Below, one piece after another: positions 24,026 through 39,153 of a stretch of 64,000 nt of DNA. The notes under the pieces are model-generated. The model made no database searches. It saw nothing but the letters and a program-made list of their open reading frames with translations, and was not told where the DNA came from. How positions within the stretch are numbered: the stretch's first letter is position 1; each line of letters opens with the position of its first letter. The position numbers and the translations under genes were made by a program. Source of the stretch: Eledone cirrhosa (lineage: Eukaryota); assembly GCA_964016885.1 (NCBI GenBank), contig OZ024745.1:128960001-129024000 (forward strand), written 5' to 3'.

Positions 24026-26306
24026 TATGTGTGTGTATAGGCATCATATTTACTACAGTTTTAGATTGTGTATTTTGAGATGCTATTATTGTATGTATGT
24101 TATTTCCATTTAACTATTATCAATCCACTGGTAAATTAAAACCTTTGCATACCATTGTCAGTTTATCTGTGTTGGTTGTATCAAAGCTCGTTAATTTCGG
24201 CTTGGACGTGGTAGTGGATCATTGAGTTTCTGCTGTGGTTTGAGGTTTATGTGGCTTTTAGTTATAGCTATCGACATCTAGGCGACATTTGTATTCAAGG
24301 CATAAAGAGCTAGAACAGATGTTGCAATACATTTCCTTCATTGCTTTAGCAATTGCGCTAATCCCCCGCCTAGTACTATATTTACTGACGCTGAAAAGAT
24401 GCAAAACAAAATTAATATCGGTGGGATTTCAATTGAGAGAGCAGAGACGTTAGAGTAAGTCCAAATACTACAAGGCATGCTATCCAACTTTCAAATCACT
24501 GACAATCTATCGCCTATAATTCATGGGAATTATACATAATTGAGTGATTGATTGTTTTTTTCAGTGATTGATTTTTCTTTCAATGGCTTACTCAGAAAAA
24601 AAACGAAACAAAAAAAAAAACAAACAACCAGTGCCCATAAACTTTATGCAAAGTATCCAATACTAGGGGGTGGGGAATTGGGATAAAAATATCACGAATC
24701 ATAATTCGTGGGTTAATAGATTAGGACTCCACAAAAATCTTGTTTTCTAAGTGAATTAGTGAAACAGAACAACACCCATAACCCTTTGTGGGTCTCCGTT
24801 ACCTGTGGGTATAAAGGAGGAAGTTACGCCAGTCAGACTAGGGACAGCTTGAATATTTGCAAAGACATATAATAACGTTAAGGCACATAATAACCACCTG
24901 GTGATATTAAACCGAGTGATGGATTAAGTCTACAACTCCCAAACAGGAACACTTTCCTCTCTGACTGGTTTCTACACAATCTCCGTATACTAAATTTCAT
25001 TCATACGTCTTGAATCAAATCGAGTTTTTGATCGAAGAGACTTGCCCCCAAAATGGCACGCAATGAGATTGAACCAAAAATCACATAGTTGCGAAGTGAA
25101 TATCTTCACCACACAATATGCCTAAATGATTGCAACAGAGTGGATATAGCTAAAGGTAAAGAGGTGGCTCTGAAAACGGTCATGGATCAACGTTACACTC
25201 TATTTTCAGTGTTGTTTAGCTGTCCTACCAGCAATTTGTCTCTTATATGTGGCGAATCATATTACTGTGTTTGGAGTACCTCTTTCATCATTTTCTCCAT
25301 CCAACACATCCAATGACCGAAATATCAGGAACATCAGCTTTTTTCAAATATGTTTGCTTGCTTGTTTGTTTTCAAATATGTTTGCTTGCTTGGTATTTCA
25401 GAAACTACGACAGCTAGGAAGTTTATCAATGATAATTGTAGGGAACAATTTTTTTTGTTTATATTTTTATTGTTTTCAAAGTATAAGGTGTGTTAAGAAC
25501 GAAATCGATTACAAGAAATACGCAGAAGAAACACATTCACACAAATGATTACCCCGACAATGTGATTTCTCACAGAAATTGGTGGCTTCGATAAATTCAA
25601 ACGCAAAATATATTGAAATATTAACCATGCATTCATTTGGTTAATAGTTAGTTCAACTACATCCTTTTGGCCATGTAGCGGAAGGGTAGGATTTGGCAAT
25701 ATAGCTATATTAGTTGAAGATTTTACAATTATATTTTATATTGCTTGTCCGTTATGATGTAATTATGGTTGGTTTAATACATGTTATTTGTTTCTACTTT
25801 AGGCACAAGGCCAGCAATTACCCAGTTCATTACTGGTACTTTATTTTATCGACCCCGTAAGGATGAAAGGCAAAGTCATAATAATACATGTTATTGCTAT
25901 GAAAAGAGGACGGTTATTCCTTATTGAGAAAAAAATGGTACATTGGATATGCAATCTTAGAAATACAATGCCTGCAAAAGAATCTTGATGGTCAAGACTT
26001 GGCACGCCTTCGATAATATATTTATTGAGTCAGAACTGACATAGAGTTAAACAGTAAGAGCAGCAATAGCATGGTGAAAGGTTATGGGTGTGGAGTAGCA
26101 GAAATTCTAGATCTTCAGATTATTTTCATTACAGTCTAGTATCTACGAATTAAGAACGTATCAGCCAAGTTTTACCAAAAGATATATGGCATGATTCATT
26201 GCTGTCAGCAGAGGAAACGCTGCCTGAGATTTGTTTGCCTGTGGTACCCGGTTTAATTCCCCGATGATAATATAATATTTGTGATAGCCAAGCGCGCAAT
26301 CCAAGA

Positions 26307-26352
<46 letters not shown>

Positions 26353-26354
26353 AA

Positions 26355-26991
26355 ATAGGGAGAAAAAAACGATTATTATGAAGAAAAATATTTTTTTTTC
26401 CTTTATTTTTTTTTTTTTTCTGGGTTAAAAAATGTTTAAAACAAAATATTTTACTTTGTGAGAAGTGTTAAGGTATTAATTAAATTATTAATTAATTTAT
26501 TTATTTAATAATTGTCAATTACCGGTTTCGATCAACTTCTCTAAGCGCTCCTGCCATAATAACACTTTTTGAAAAGCTTATCCTCAAGAACTATACCTGT
26601 AAATAATATTATTCTTTTTTTTTCCATTACCTTATCATGTTCCACATCACCTCCCTTGTTTTTTTTTTACTTCAAAAACCTTGTTTGCAAATAATATTAT
26701 TCTTTCCTTTCCATTTCCTTAACATGTTCAACATCACCTTATTTTCTCTCCAACATTTTATACCAATACAAATTCCCCTTTGATAATGCATAAAATGCTG
26801 AAACCGGTAATTGACAATTATTAAATAAATAAATTAATAAATCAATAAAACAATGGTATCGTTAATAAATAAATAAATTAACTAATACCTCACACAAAGT
26901 AAAATATTTTGTTTTAAACATTTTCAAACCCAGAAAAAAAAAATAAATAAAGGAAAAAAAAATTTTTTTCTTCCTAATAATCATTTTTTCT

Positions 26992-26996
<5 letters not shown>
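26355..26996. mobile_element. Fold-back element between two (TA)n tracts (arms ~26355-26529/26800-26996) with degenerate hammerhead
   Basis: Arms are reverse-complementary. 26780-26812 reads TTGATAA-tgca-taaaa-tgc-t-GAAA-CCGG-TA. A further arm copy lies at 39150-39340. Confidence 0.7.
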
Positions 26997-27047
<51 letters not shown>

Positions 27048-27074
27048 CAACTCGTGTGCTCCTTCTCCACATTT

Positions 27075-27241
<167 letters not shown>

Positions 27242-27322
27242 GGTAAACAGAAATAACAACACAATCGGTACAGTATATGGAAGGGATATATTAGCTTAAC
27301 GCTTGATATAGCAGGAAGAGGG

Positions 27323-27358
27323 TCTTAACATTTCAGACGCTAGTCCTTCATCAGAAGA
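27323..27358 (-). ncRNA. Minimal type I hammerhead ribozyme motif
   Basis: UCUU-CUGAUGA-A-GGAC-UAGC-GUCU-GAAA-UG-UU^AAGA. The element 3' end runs into (CA)n on the - strand. Confidence 0.7.
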
Positions 27359-27782
27359 AAGAATGAGAAATAAAATAGATTGAGGGGATGGGCAGGATGG
27401 AATTGGAAAAAATGTCTTTAGATAAAAATAACAGGTCCATTCATGTTGACATCTCTTGTAAAACTGTTGGTGCTGGCATTTTGTGTATGATTTATTTTTT
27501 AGAAAAGTTGATGATTGAGCGCGTCTACCTGAAATAGAAAAAAAAAACGTTTTGTAAAAAGAGCTATACTTGTGTACGTGCGCAAGCATGTGTTTGTGTG
27601 TGTTTGTGTGTTATTATATGTCCGTACGAAGCTAAGAAGAAAAGTGTGTGTATACATGTGTTTAAAAGAGTGTGTGTGTATATATATATATATATACATC
27701 ACTGAGGAGGTCACTGCAGAATGTGTGGCGATAAAGCTTTGACAATAAACAAATAAATAACCAGCCGGTTATTAAACTAACC

Positions 27783-27879
<97 letters not shown>

Positions 27880-27887
27880 TGCATATA

Positions 27888-27946
<59 letters not shown>

Positions 27947-28264
27947 CATCCGCTTAGAGTTTAGAGTAATACATCTGACTCAGGCCTTTTGATAATTTTC
28001 ATTCGGAAAGAAGAAATGTATGGCTATCATCTTTTCACTCTCACTACACCCTCCTTCTCCTCGACCTTCTCCCCCTCCTCCCATATCACTTTCACACCAC
28101 CTACACGTTTCTCCATCCAACTCACCTTGGTTTGTTGAAGGAATGTTTGCCAAAATGATCTCACTCACGCAGGTGAGAACAAGAGGTTTTCGTGACCCAG
28201 TTTCATAAAGTAACCGTCATGCATATTTAACAAGGAAACGTTTGTTTGTATGTGCTGTGTTTTA

Positions 28265-28398
<134 letters not shown>

Positions 28399-28950
28399 AT
28401 TGGAATGAGTGTGGAAGGGTATCAGTGGCCTTAATCTCAAAGAGGATTAGCGTCAAAGTGGATCAACGTAGATCAATCTGGATCAGAAGGAAACAAGGAA
28501 TTTCAACGGAAAATGCCTAGAGGTCAGTATTGAAATACACACAACCACACACAATCTCTCACACTCACGTAACCTTAGCTTTGCCATAAACATTTGTCTC
28601 TATGGAAAATTGATTTGTGGCAATATAACATGTGGTTGTGAGAGTGGAGTGGGAGGTAGGGTGTTGGGTTTACATTGTGGGCTGTGGGTAGGGCTGGAGA
28701 TTTGTGGTTGAAAGCTGTATGGGTGGTGGCGACGATTGTGTTGAACGAGGTGAGATGTTTGTGGCAGTGATGGGGGTGCTGCTGGTGTGCGATAGGGGTG
28801 ATGTAAGCTTATATGCATTAGTAGTAGTGGTGAGGGAGATTTTGTTGGTAGTTATGTAAGGTGGTAAGCATAATAGTTAATGTAGATGCAGGTGGTAGAA
28901 ATTTGGAGTTGGTGTTGTTTAGCCCTGGGTCTGCCTTGATCAAGCAACAA

Positions 28951-29432
28951 ATAATGGTTTCTGATTTAAGAACAAGGCCAACAATTTTCGGGGGAGGGGA
29001 AAGTTTATTAAATCGACCCCAGTACATTACTGGTGCTTTATTTTATCGACCTCGTAAGGAGGAAAGACAAAGCTAACATCGGCCAGATTTGAACTCAGAT
29101 CGAAAATGGCTTAATTCTGTGCCACGAACCACTGCACTAATAATGGTTTCTCATTTAGGCACAAGGCCAACAATTTGGGGGAAGGGGAAGATCGTTTAAA
29201 TCGACCCCAGTGCGTGACTGGTACTTTATTTTATCGACCCCGTAAGGATGAAAGCCAAAGCTAACTTCGGCAGGATTTGAACTCAGAACGTAAAGGGCCA
29301 TAACTCTCTACTGCCAATCATGGTGTCTGACGCTCTACCGATACTGCCAATCCATAGTAATAATGGTTTCTTATATAGGCACTAGGCCAGTAATTTGAGG
29401 AGAGGGGGAAAGTCGATTAAATCGACCCCAGT

Positions 29433-29433
<1 letters not shown>
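28951..29433 (-). mobile_element. Three tandem SINE-A (long-tail variant) copies
   Basis: Repeated taatggtttc...aaggcc..caattt..atcgaccccagt units. Confidence 0.85.
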
Positions 29434-29484
<51 letters not shown>

Positions 29485-29938
29485 GAGAGTTTGGTCAATA
29501 TAACCATATTTATGGCATTGTGCATATACTTGAAATGAATATATTTCTGCAATTTGGTAAAGGATCCAGTCGACTTTAGTTTTAATTATCTGAGGAGTGT
29601 TGCGTCACTTTTTAACAGATTTCTGGTGATATATGTGATATATACATTTTCCAACACAAATATTTACGATAAAGAAATTACATGGATCCTGTCAAATACG
29701 TAAGAATAGCGAAGAAAACTTGAAATTATAAGAAATGTCATTGACGTATTTAAATGTTGGCGTCTGCCCTAAAAGAAAAACACTAATTTTATATTACTAA
29801 CACTTTACTGATTGAAGCTTCTCAACTGAACTGCGATTCTGTTTAACTAGAATTGCTCTCAGCAACAACATACATCGATTACATACGCTGTTGTACACTT
29901 CATATTTTACAAGTTGCATTATTACTATGGTGGATGGT

Positions 29939-30131
29939 GGCGGTGGATTGGCAGTATCGGTAGAGGGTCGGACGCCATGCTTTGCAGCAAAGAGTTACGG
30001 CCATTTATGGTCTGAGTTCAAATCCCACCGAGGTTAACTTTGCCTTTCATCCTTACGGGGTTCGATAAAATAAAGTACCAGTAATACACTGAGATAATTG
30101 CTGGTCTTGTGCCAAAAGTAGAAACAATTAT
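29939..30131 (+). mobile_element. SINE-A full length
   Basis: Family consensus match. Confidence 0.9.
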
Positions 30132-30861
30132 TACTATATATCTACAATATATTCTGTATGCAAGGATGGCTTTTGGCGCATACCAACAGTGATAAAGGTT
30201 TTGCAAATTCGTTTCTCTGAAATTATAAATAAATAGAAAAAGTTACCTGGACAAATAAGCTTTATTTTAATTGAGAAGTTGGCTTTGAATAAACTGTGCA
30301 ACATAACCTGATGAATATTCACATTTAGTTCGGAACTATTGCATTCATCAGTGGTTTCTGTGTTGTAAATATTGGTATTATCTTCCAGGATATTTCCATG
30401 ATATTTTTAGTCAACATCAATTTTATGTTGTCAATGACATATGCTCAAAGATATTCTAATAGCTACAATTTTATTTTTATTTATAGTAATATATCTAGAA
30501 GTACATAGCTGAGTGGACAGGAAAATACTTTGTCACAACCCAAGCCCTCACACATGACCGCCGGAGATGGAAGCAATTGGTGCAATATTCAACACTGCAT
30601 TGTCCCAATGACCCCGAAAAAGGTTAAGGGACCATGATGGTATCCAGGAGTACATTTACCCCCAATAAATATTTCTCCTTCAATTTTTAAATTGATAGGG
30701 TGTGATTTAAGAAAGATTAAGCTGCTATTTATTTCAGGTGGAACGTTTATGGGAAAATCAAGGGAAAATATGGCAGAATATTTCATGTAAGTATGGGATG
30801 TAACACTATATTGGGCCGTAGGGACGCTGCAGTAGCATGTGACGTAAAAGAGAAAGATAGG

Positions 30862-30924
<63 letters not shown>

Positions 30925-31401
30925 TAAGGGACTGAATGAACTCGTCCCCCCACAAATGGACAGATACATTTTTTATGAACTTTGAAAGGATTAAAGGCAA
31001 AGTTGACATCGGCAAGACTTGAACACAACGCAGAGATATTGCATCTGAGAAGGATATTAAAAATCACTGTGAAGAGGATATCATACGAAAGAAATCCCTG
31101 GAGATAACCGTTCTGGATTGGATTTGGCCCTAGTCCCTCTCTTACTGTCAGTTAGTGATTGACCCGCGGGAACTTGCAACTAACCACTTCTTGTTCTGAA
31201 ATTGAGATATGGAATTGAAATACATAAGAAAACAAACACTCTCGGTTCTACATACATGTATACAACACTATTTCAGAGCACCAATCCTAATACCTAATTT
31301 TTGCTGGACCGACAATCGCTCTGTATAATCAGTTCCTGATTATTACTGGAATTCTATAAGAATACAACTTCTATAATTTTCGGCGGAAGAGGGCAGTACG
31401 T

Positions 31402-31443
31402 AGCTCTGATGATTGCCAAACAGCATCAAACAGACTGTTAGCT
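31402..31443 (+). ncRNA. Hammerhead motif with a single core mutation (G12C), inside an element bounded by ~45-bp direct repeats (31251-31296/31566-31612)
   Basis: AGCU-CUGAUGA-U-UGC-CAAACA-GCA-U-cAAA-CAG-A-CUG-UU^AGCU. The element ends in (TA)n at ~31620. Confidence 0.55.
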
Positions 31444-31614
31444 TCTCTACCTTCTTTCGCCGAAAAGAAGTAAGTGACATAGTCACTACTTTAAAAATGA
31501 TAGCATAAGGTCTTCAAAATGTTTTTAATTAAACATACAGTATATTGCCAAATACACTATGCATACATACATGTATACATCGCTATTTCAGAGCACCAAT
31601 CCTAATACTTAATA

Positions 31615-31704
<90 letters not shown>

Positions 31705-31711
31705 TACATAT

Positions 31712-31797
31712 ATATTGGGTCGTCAAGTATGAAATTTGTAGAAATTCATAGAAAAGAAAGAAATTTCTACAAATTTCATACTTGACGATTCAATATA
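31712..31797. repeat. Short fold-back (arm also at 38230-38260)
   Basis: tcgtcaagtatgaaatttgtagaaatt / aatttctacaaatttcatacttgacga. Confidence 0.8.
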
Positions 31798-32470
31798 TAT
31801 GGATAAATAAATAGACTGAATGGATCACTGATCGTTAGGCAGATAAAAGATAATAAGAGAGATAGACATTGACAGATAAAGAAAGTGGAAATGGGAAATG
31901 GAAGAAAAAAGGTGAGAAATTTGAAAGAGGAAGAGAGAAAGAATGACTCTGAGAAAGATTGAAGTCGTTATCTGTGAGACGTGGGCTACTCCGTCTTGTT
32001 AACATTTTATCAAGCAGTGATCACCAGATGTAACACAGAGGTGGCTTTACTAGAGGTGTGGTTGAAGTGGAGAAAGCTTATAAACTTTAATGATGTTTCG
32101 TATAGATAGATAGGTAGGGTAAGATCGGATGGGTGGTAGTAGAAAGTACAATTTGCGATGGGGGTGGTGGTTGTGGAGGGGGGGGGGGGATAGACTTTGC
32201 CCTAATTGCTCACAAATTACCAGCTGTCCTTGTAGACACAATTCTGAACCCTCATCTTAATATAGAACGAGTGACCAGCCTTTTACCATCTCTTCCTCCC
32301 CTAGAGTATCAGCCATCTGGAATTGCATGCGCCGCCCACGCTTTCACTGTTTCACTGCAGACGCCGCCTTATATATTGAAATTAAACATCAATCGCATCA
32401 ATCTCACTAGTTTAGCTAAAGAAAACAACTCCAGTTATTTCATGAAGAATCGGGGTCAGATTATGTATAC

Positions 32471-32828
32471 GGGGATACGCCTTCTCTATTCTGTCCATCG
32501 GGGTCGCTGGGCGGCCAACGCGTGGGCCCACATTTGCTGATAATATTAAGAGTTGGGGAGAGCGGGTAAGATGGAGGCAGTGAAAGTGGGAGTTTGGTTC
32601 CTTTGTGTATAGTGTGGTTGTGGGATAATGTATAGATGTAACAAGAAAGAATATTTTGGTTGTGTTGTTCCATAATTATCTTCTCAGCAAACAAGAAAGA
32701 ACAGCTGAACTCCCACTGTCATCGCCTCCATCTCTCTGGCCTTCCCCATCTCTCCGTATGGTGAACAAATGGGGTCCCACGTGCTGGCCTCCCTACAGCT
32801 CCGGCGGACAGAATGAAGAAGGCGTTTT
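32471..32828. repeat. Unclassified GC-rich motif, copies 3 (-, 32471-32600) and 4 (+, 32703-32828), head to head
   Basis: Both read aactcccact.tca..gcctccatct...caaatg.gg.cccacg...tggcc.ccc....ggacagaat..agaaggcgt. Confidence 0.75.
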
Positions 32829-32944
32829 ATTTACCACACCACACACGCATTCCTTTATATTTAAATGAAACTAAAAAAAAAAAGGTAAACGGAAAGAAGA
32901 AAAAGAAAAAAAAACAGAGATTGAAGCCATAAAGGAAAGGGAGA

Positions 32945-33064
32945 GGGGGGACAGGCTCTACATGCCTGTCTGAGTGGCATTGCCACAGAGAATAGCCAGC
33001 GACATCCAATCCGACAGCCTCACCGCCTCACGGGGTTCCTTCTTCGGGCGGGCTGCTGTCTTCC
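32945..33064 (-). mobile_element. Degenerate 3' end of a CRE-like (REL) non-LTR retrotransposon
   Basis: KTAARPKKEPREAVRLSDWMSLAILCGNA; homologous to 46598-46741. Confidence 0.55.
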
Positions 33065-33212
33065 TGTTGCAATGAAATGTAGAATTTTAAACAGTAGTGT
33101 TTCGTAAAGTGAGTGGCCAAAAGTAAGGTTCCTCCTTCAAAAAATCTTTTTCGTTTTGTCTTGTTTTCGTTCGTTGTCTTTTCTTTGTTAACTTTTCTAA
33201 GTCTTTCATACA

Positions 33213-33341
<129 letters not shown>

Positions 33342-33354
33342 CATATATAGATAC

Positions 33355-33670
33355 ATACATACATGATGCTGCAAACTCTGCTAAGAGTATTGCAATCGCT
33401 TGACAGATTATAGAGTTTGGTGCACTTTTAGGCTACGGCCAGCCACACGAACCTGTAACAGATCCTGAACAAGCAATACCTGTGCTTTGAAGGTTTTTTA
33501 AGTGGGGAAAGGTCTTGCACTCGGCCAATCCCCCTCTCTGGGCATTGAAAACACTACCTGAAAAGGAGAACTGCTTTTGAAGCCGCAGGTTTTTTTCTCA
33601 GAGTTTCCCTCTCTTAGAAAGGTATTGGGACAACAACTGGGGGGGGGGGGTGTCTTTCACTCCCAGGTGA
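33355..33670 (-). mobile_element. RTE-related SINE (same family as 23048-23455)
   Basis: Direct homology. Confidence 0.75.
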
Positions 33671-33985
33671 AAACACACACACACACACACACACATACAT
33701 AGACACAGACATACACACACACATACACACACACATATACACACACAGACACACACACGCACTCACTCACACACACACACACACATACACACACATACAC
33801 ACACTCATATATATGATAGATACGGGTTGGAGTGGGTAATAAAATAACCAAAACGCCCTTAATACGGTAAACTTTTTAAGCCGGCATTGCACAAAAGAGA
33901 GGATGAAAATGATAAAGTTGAGGATGAGGTGGTAGATCATAATGATGATGATGATGATAACAGCTGTGATGATGATCATAGTTAT

Positions 33986-36070
33986 AATTGTTTCTACTTT
34001 TAGGCACAAGGCCAGCAATTACTCTGCGCGTTACTGGTACTTTATCTTATCGACCCTGTAAGGATGAAAGGCAAAGTTAACCTCGGCGGGATTTGAACTC
34101 AGATCGTAAAGGGACGATGATGATAGTTATATTGATGGTGATGGTGTTGGTGGAGGTGGGGGAGGTATTAAAATGGCTACTGCTATCGGTGATGCTAAGG
34201 ATGCTGCTATTGATGATAGTGATGGTAATGCTGATGATGATGATTCTAATGTGGAAGATGATGGTGATGAGGATGTTGCTATCACCATACCAAAACCTGG
34301 ACTTTTATCTTCGGATGCTTGAAGGGTTTAGAGTGGCGCAAAGGATAGAGACGATGGTGGGGAATTAGGGAGAGTGGAAGGTGATGTCGGCGGGGAATGG
34401 TGAGTGGTTGTCATTGGATGACATTTGGTGTCAAGCCACAGGCAAGTGAAATGACAGGACAGGAAGTGGAGGAATGGGGAGGTTGCCCTCGAGGGTGGCG
34501 GGATTAGGAAGGGGGGAGAATCAAATTTAGAACGAGGGTAAAGACCTGTAGGTCTATTTTATTCTGATATTTTTAATAGGGGTGGATTACAGTACTCTAA
34601 AAAGTATAGGGATGTAAAGGAAGTAAGGGAGAACATAATGGTTTCTTATATAGGCACAAGGCCAGCAATTTTGGAGGAGGGGAAAGTCGATTAGATCGAC
34701 CCCAGTGCGTGACTGGTACTTTATTTTAACGACCCCGTAAAGATGAAAGGCAAAGTTAACCTCGGTGGGATTTGAACTCAGATCATAAAGGGCCGTAACT
34801 CTATGCGTCAAAGCATGGCATCCGACCCTCTACCGATACTGCCAATCCACCACCCTGGGGGATAAAATAATATGATTTGTGATGTTGATCATTTTGTTAT
34901 TTTTGGTTTTGGGGCGGTGTTGGTGTTGATAGTGGTGGCTGGAAAGATGTTGGTGTTGTTGTAATGGCGTTAGTAGTGGTGGTGGTGTAAGGGGGAAGGT
35001 AATGATATTGACCAGGAACTACGATGGATAAAAAGAATAAATAAATACATTTGTGCTCCCTTATATTCCAGTGAGAAAAGAAATAAAGAAAGACAAGGAA
35101 AAGAAGATACCCTCCCCCATCACACCTAAAAGAAAGATGGATAGATAAAGGTTTAACAGATAAGTAAGATGGTCGGATGTAAGGAGAGAAATAAAGATAG
35201 ATAGATTGATATACAGATATATAGATTGACAAATAGATATATAGGGGGAAAAAGATAATTAGATGTATGTATGTATGTACGTATTTAATATTTATGTATA
35301 TATCTATGTATTAATTATTATATACGTATGTAAGGGGGTGGATTGGCAGAATCGGTAGAGCGTCGGACATAAAGCTTTGCAGCACAGAGTTTCGTCCCTT
35401 TACGTTATGTGTTCAAATCCCGTCGAGGTTAACTTTGCCTTACATCCTTACGGGGTCAATAAAATAAAGTACCAGTAATGCACTGGGGTAGATATAATCG
35501 ACTTTCCCTCCCCTAAATTGCTGGCCTTGTACCTATAGTAGAAATCATTATTATGTATGTACGTATGTATATATATATATATATATTTATACATGCATGG
35601 CATGGTCCCGCAACTCCTGAGGGGGGCGTAGGGGCACCGCATTGATATACAGTGTTTCTTGGGCATTTAAAAACCTGGCGGAGCCCAATACTCTCCAGGT
35701 CTGAATACAGGAGATTTCTTCTAGAGAAGGAAAAAGAGAGAGTGAGAGAAAGGAAGTGAGAAAGGGATACAGAGGAAGAACCTCCCACCCCACCCCTATA
35801 CTAGACTGGTACTTTTTTATCGACTTGGAAAGGATGAAAGACAAAGTTGGCCTCGGCGGGATTTGAACTCAGAGATCAGAGCGCCGAAACGAATACTACA
35901 AAGCATGATATCTGTTCTAACTATATTAGTTAGAGTCGGGCCCCGACGGCAGAGCTTTTGCCGTTTCAACAGCTAGTTTCAGCTGGAACTAGCTGTTGGA
36001 ATGTCTACTATGCCAAGTATCGAGTACTCAATTGATCTAACTATCTAACTAGTTTAAACCTGGTTCAATC

Positions 36071-36119
<49 letters not shown>

Positions 36120-36412
36120 GTTATACTTGGGGATTGGGGAGGGTCATATTGTTGTAATAATATTGCCAGAATTTATAACAGAACACACTCACAGATTGGT
36201 TGGTTTTCGTTTCTGTATCATTTATATCTCCACAGTTAATTCATTCGGTCCTCAATATTGACCATTGACTGACCAACGGTCAAAAATACAGATATAATTG
36301 TTTCTACTTTTGGCACAAGGCCAGCAAATACCCACTGTATTACTGGTACTTTATGTTATCGACCTCGTAAGGATGAAAGGCAAAGTTAATCTCGGCGGGA
36401 TTTGAACTCAGA
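33986..36412. mobile_element. Region with SINE-A copies at ~33986-34115(-), 34637-34853(-), 35336-35550(+), 35800-35915(-), 36296-36412(-)
   Basis: Family consensus matches. Confidence 0.8.
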
Positions 36413-36652
36413 AATAATACATATATAATACAGATATAATATAGATATAATATAGATATAATATAGATATAAATACATATATATACTCTTTCGTTGCACA
36501 TCTGCAACATCGTCAGTGGTGCTATTATGTTTCCTCCTGTTGTATTGTATATCTACGCCATCTTTATTTTATCTGTTTATATATATATATATATATATTA
36601 CTAATAAACCTTTCTTTGTACTGCCTCTTTGTTTTTGGTCCCGTTCCAGTTT

Positions 36653-36690
<38 letters not shown>

Positions 36691-37038
36691 CATATGTGTG
36701 TGTGTGTACGTATATATATCTCTGTGTGTGTATGTAAACGTATATATCAAGAAACATGCTGTAAAAAGGTTAACGACACTCGTTTCAACTCAATAAAAAT
36801 GGGAAAGTGCATGTAAAGATAAACATAAGATTGAATAACTGGAAGACAAATAGTTGATTTACAGTGTGTTAGGGTGACATGTGTACACGCATACAGGCAC
36901 AAACATACACATACATATACACACGCGCGCACACATATATATATGTGTGTGTGTGTATATGTGTGTGTGTAAACATTGATGCAATTCAATTTAAGCACTC
37001 AACGTACTATTTCCACATAAAAATGATGAAATATATTT

Positions 37039-37371
37039 AGAATAAGAAAATGCGAAGTAGTTTCAGATGTTAAAGTATTTTATTGATAAAGCTGTGATAC
37101 ATATTTCAATGGCAACAGTTGCCACACGATTCCATCTAACCAATGCCATGATCTCATCTCTTGGGAACGTGCGAAGGCTTCAAGAATATTATCTTTGTCC
37201 GTTCCCTTGTCGTTTTAATTTGGATTGCCTCGAGAACGTAACTTATTATGTAAGGAGCTGCCTGGTGAGATCATGGCACTGGTTATGCGGAATCGCGTGG
37301 CCACTGTCGTCATTGAAATATGTATCACAGAGGACTTTAACATGTGCAACTACTTCGAATTCGCATTTTCT

Positions 37372-37377
<6 letters not shown>
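37039..37377. repeat. Imperfect fold-back, ~120-bp arms, abutting (CT)n
   Basis: agaaaatgcgaagtagtt..atgttaaagt..ctgtgatacatatttcaatg..gccatgatctca is mirrored at 37266-37377. Confidence 0.8.
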
Positions 37378-37452
<75 letters not shown>

Positions 37453-37677
37453 TCTCTCTCTCTCGCTCTCTCTCTCGCTCTCTCTCTCTCTCTACACACA
37501 CACATATATATATATATAATATAAAAAAAAGGAGAGTAACTGAAGACCAGTGTGGCAGCAAATATTGACCAGAATTTATGATGACGTAGAAAAACAACAG
37601 CCAATGGCAAGACAAGAGTGGAAGATGTTTTTTGAAGCTAACACCCCAGTGAGAAAATTTGCTCCGAAAGCATTGCA

Positions 37678-37767
37678 TGTGTCCGAAGAACCCGCAGTTT
37701 AAGAATCAGGCAGATCCATAAAATGATCATGTCTCGAGCTGTCTGCCGGCGAAACAATTGTAACACG
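37678..37767 (+). ncRNA. Hammerhead motif with long stem II and CCGAAGA core (family D)
   Basis: UGUGU-CCGAAGA-[~60 nt stem II]-GAAA-C-AAUU-G-UA^ACACG, followed by AATAAA. Homologous to 48134-48225 and 61920-62013. Confidence 0.6.
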
Positions 37768-37889
37768 CAATAAACTGAGTCTAGATGCATCACTGATTTT
37801 TCGTTTTTTATATTATATCACACTCTGCTCTGTAAGAACATAGAGTGCTCAACTGGCATACCGCCTATGGAAGCACCATAGCTACCATT

Positions 37890-37954
<65 letters not shown>

Positions 37955-37955
<1 letters not shown>

Positions 37956-38162
37956 CAAAGAGGGTGTGGTAAGATACCAGGTGGACCATGATGCACCAGA
38001 GTACTCAATACTTAAGGTAGTAGAGTGGGTAATAGCTGCGAAACAGCCGTAGCACAGCAGTCGGGGTCCTGACTCTTTTCTTATTACCCACTCTACTACA
38101 CTTTGGATCTAGCTGTCGAAATGGTCGGAGCTCGGCCGTTGGGGGTCCTGACTCTTTTCCTA
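37955..38162. mobile_element. PLE-like family A, rearranged copies between (TA)n tracts
   Basis: Family homology. ctagctgtc-GAAA-tggtcg-gagct-cggccg-TT-ggggg at 38109-38145. Confidence 0.65.
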
Positions 38163-38260
38163 TATATATATATAAACATATATAGACATATATATATATA
38201 TATTTCTAGAAAGTTGTTCTTTTTCTACAATTTTCTACAAATTTCATACTTGATGACCCA

Positions 38261-38401
<141 letters not shown>

Positions 38402-38613
38402 GAGAAGTAAAGGTTCTATACAAAACATTGGGTATAGGGAAAAGATGAAGTTGTAAATAGCACGGGAGATATATTTAAGGGTCTGTTTTTCTCTTTTGAT
38501 TCGTCAAAGTGACATTATTGAAAAGATAGAGTTATCAAAAAAATGTTTATGGAGTATATAAATTGTATATCTCCCGTGCTATTTACAACTTCATCTTTTC
38601 TCTCTCTCACTCT

Positions 38614-38706
<93 letters not shown>

Positions 38707-39038
38707 TACAATGATATTAAATAAATGGAAACTATATTTATAAAACCATATTTATTCTATTATATATATCTGAAGGGTACCAAACACTTTGGTACGCTAT
38801 CATCAGATAAAATACAAAATGTTTTATAAATATTTGACATGACCAAGGATAATATACCTTAACGGTTCAAGTTATCCCTTTATTTCAAGTCTCCATTTAT
38901 TTAATATCATTGATAGTTTGATATTTTCCATTTATTTAATAACATTGAATATTTACTCCAGAAATCTGTCGAGTGCTCTGAATCAGTTATAAACATCTAT
39001 ATTTGTTGGATTTCCAACAAATTAAATATCTCTTCTAC

Positions 39039-39153
<115 letters not shown>

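Noticed and set aside
32945-33064. Apparent terminal host exon on - strand (ttgcaacag|GAAGAC...TAG)
   Set aside because: Homologous to the CRE-like retrotransposon fragment at 46598-46741.
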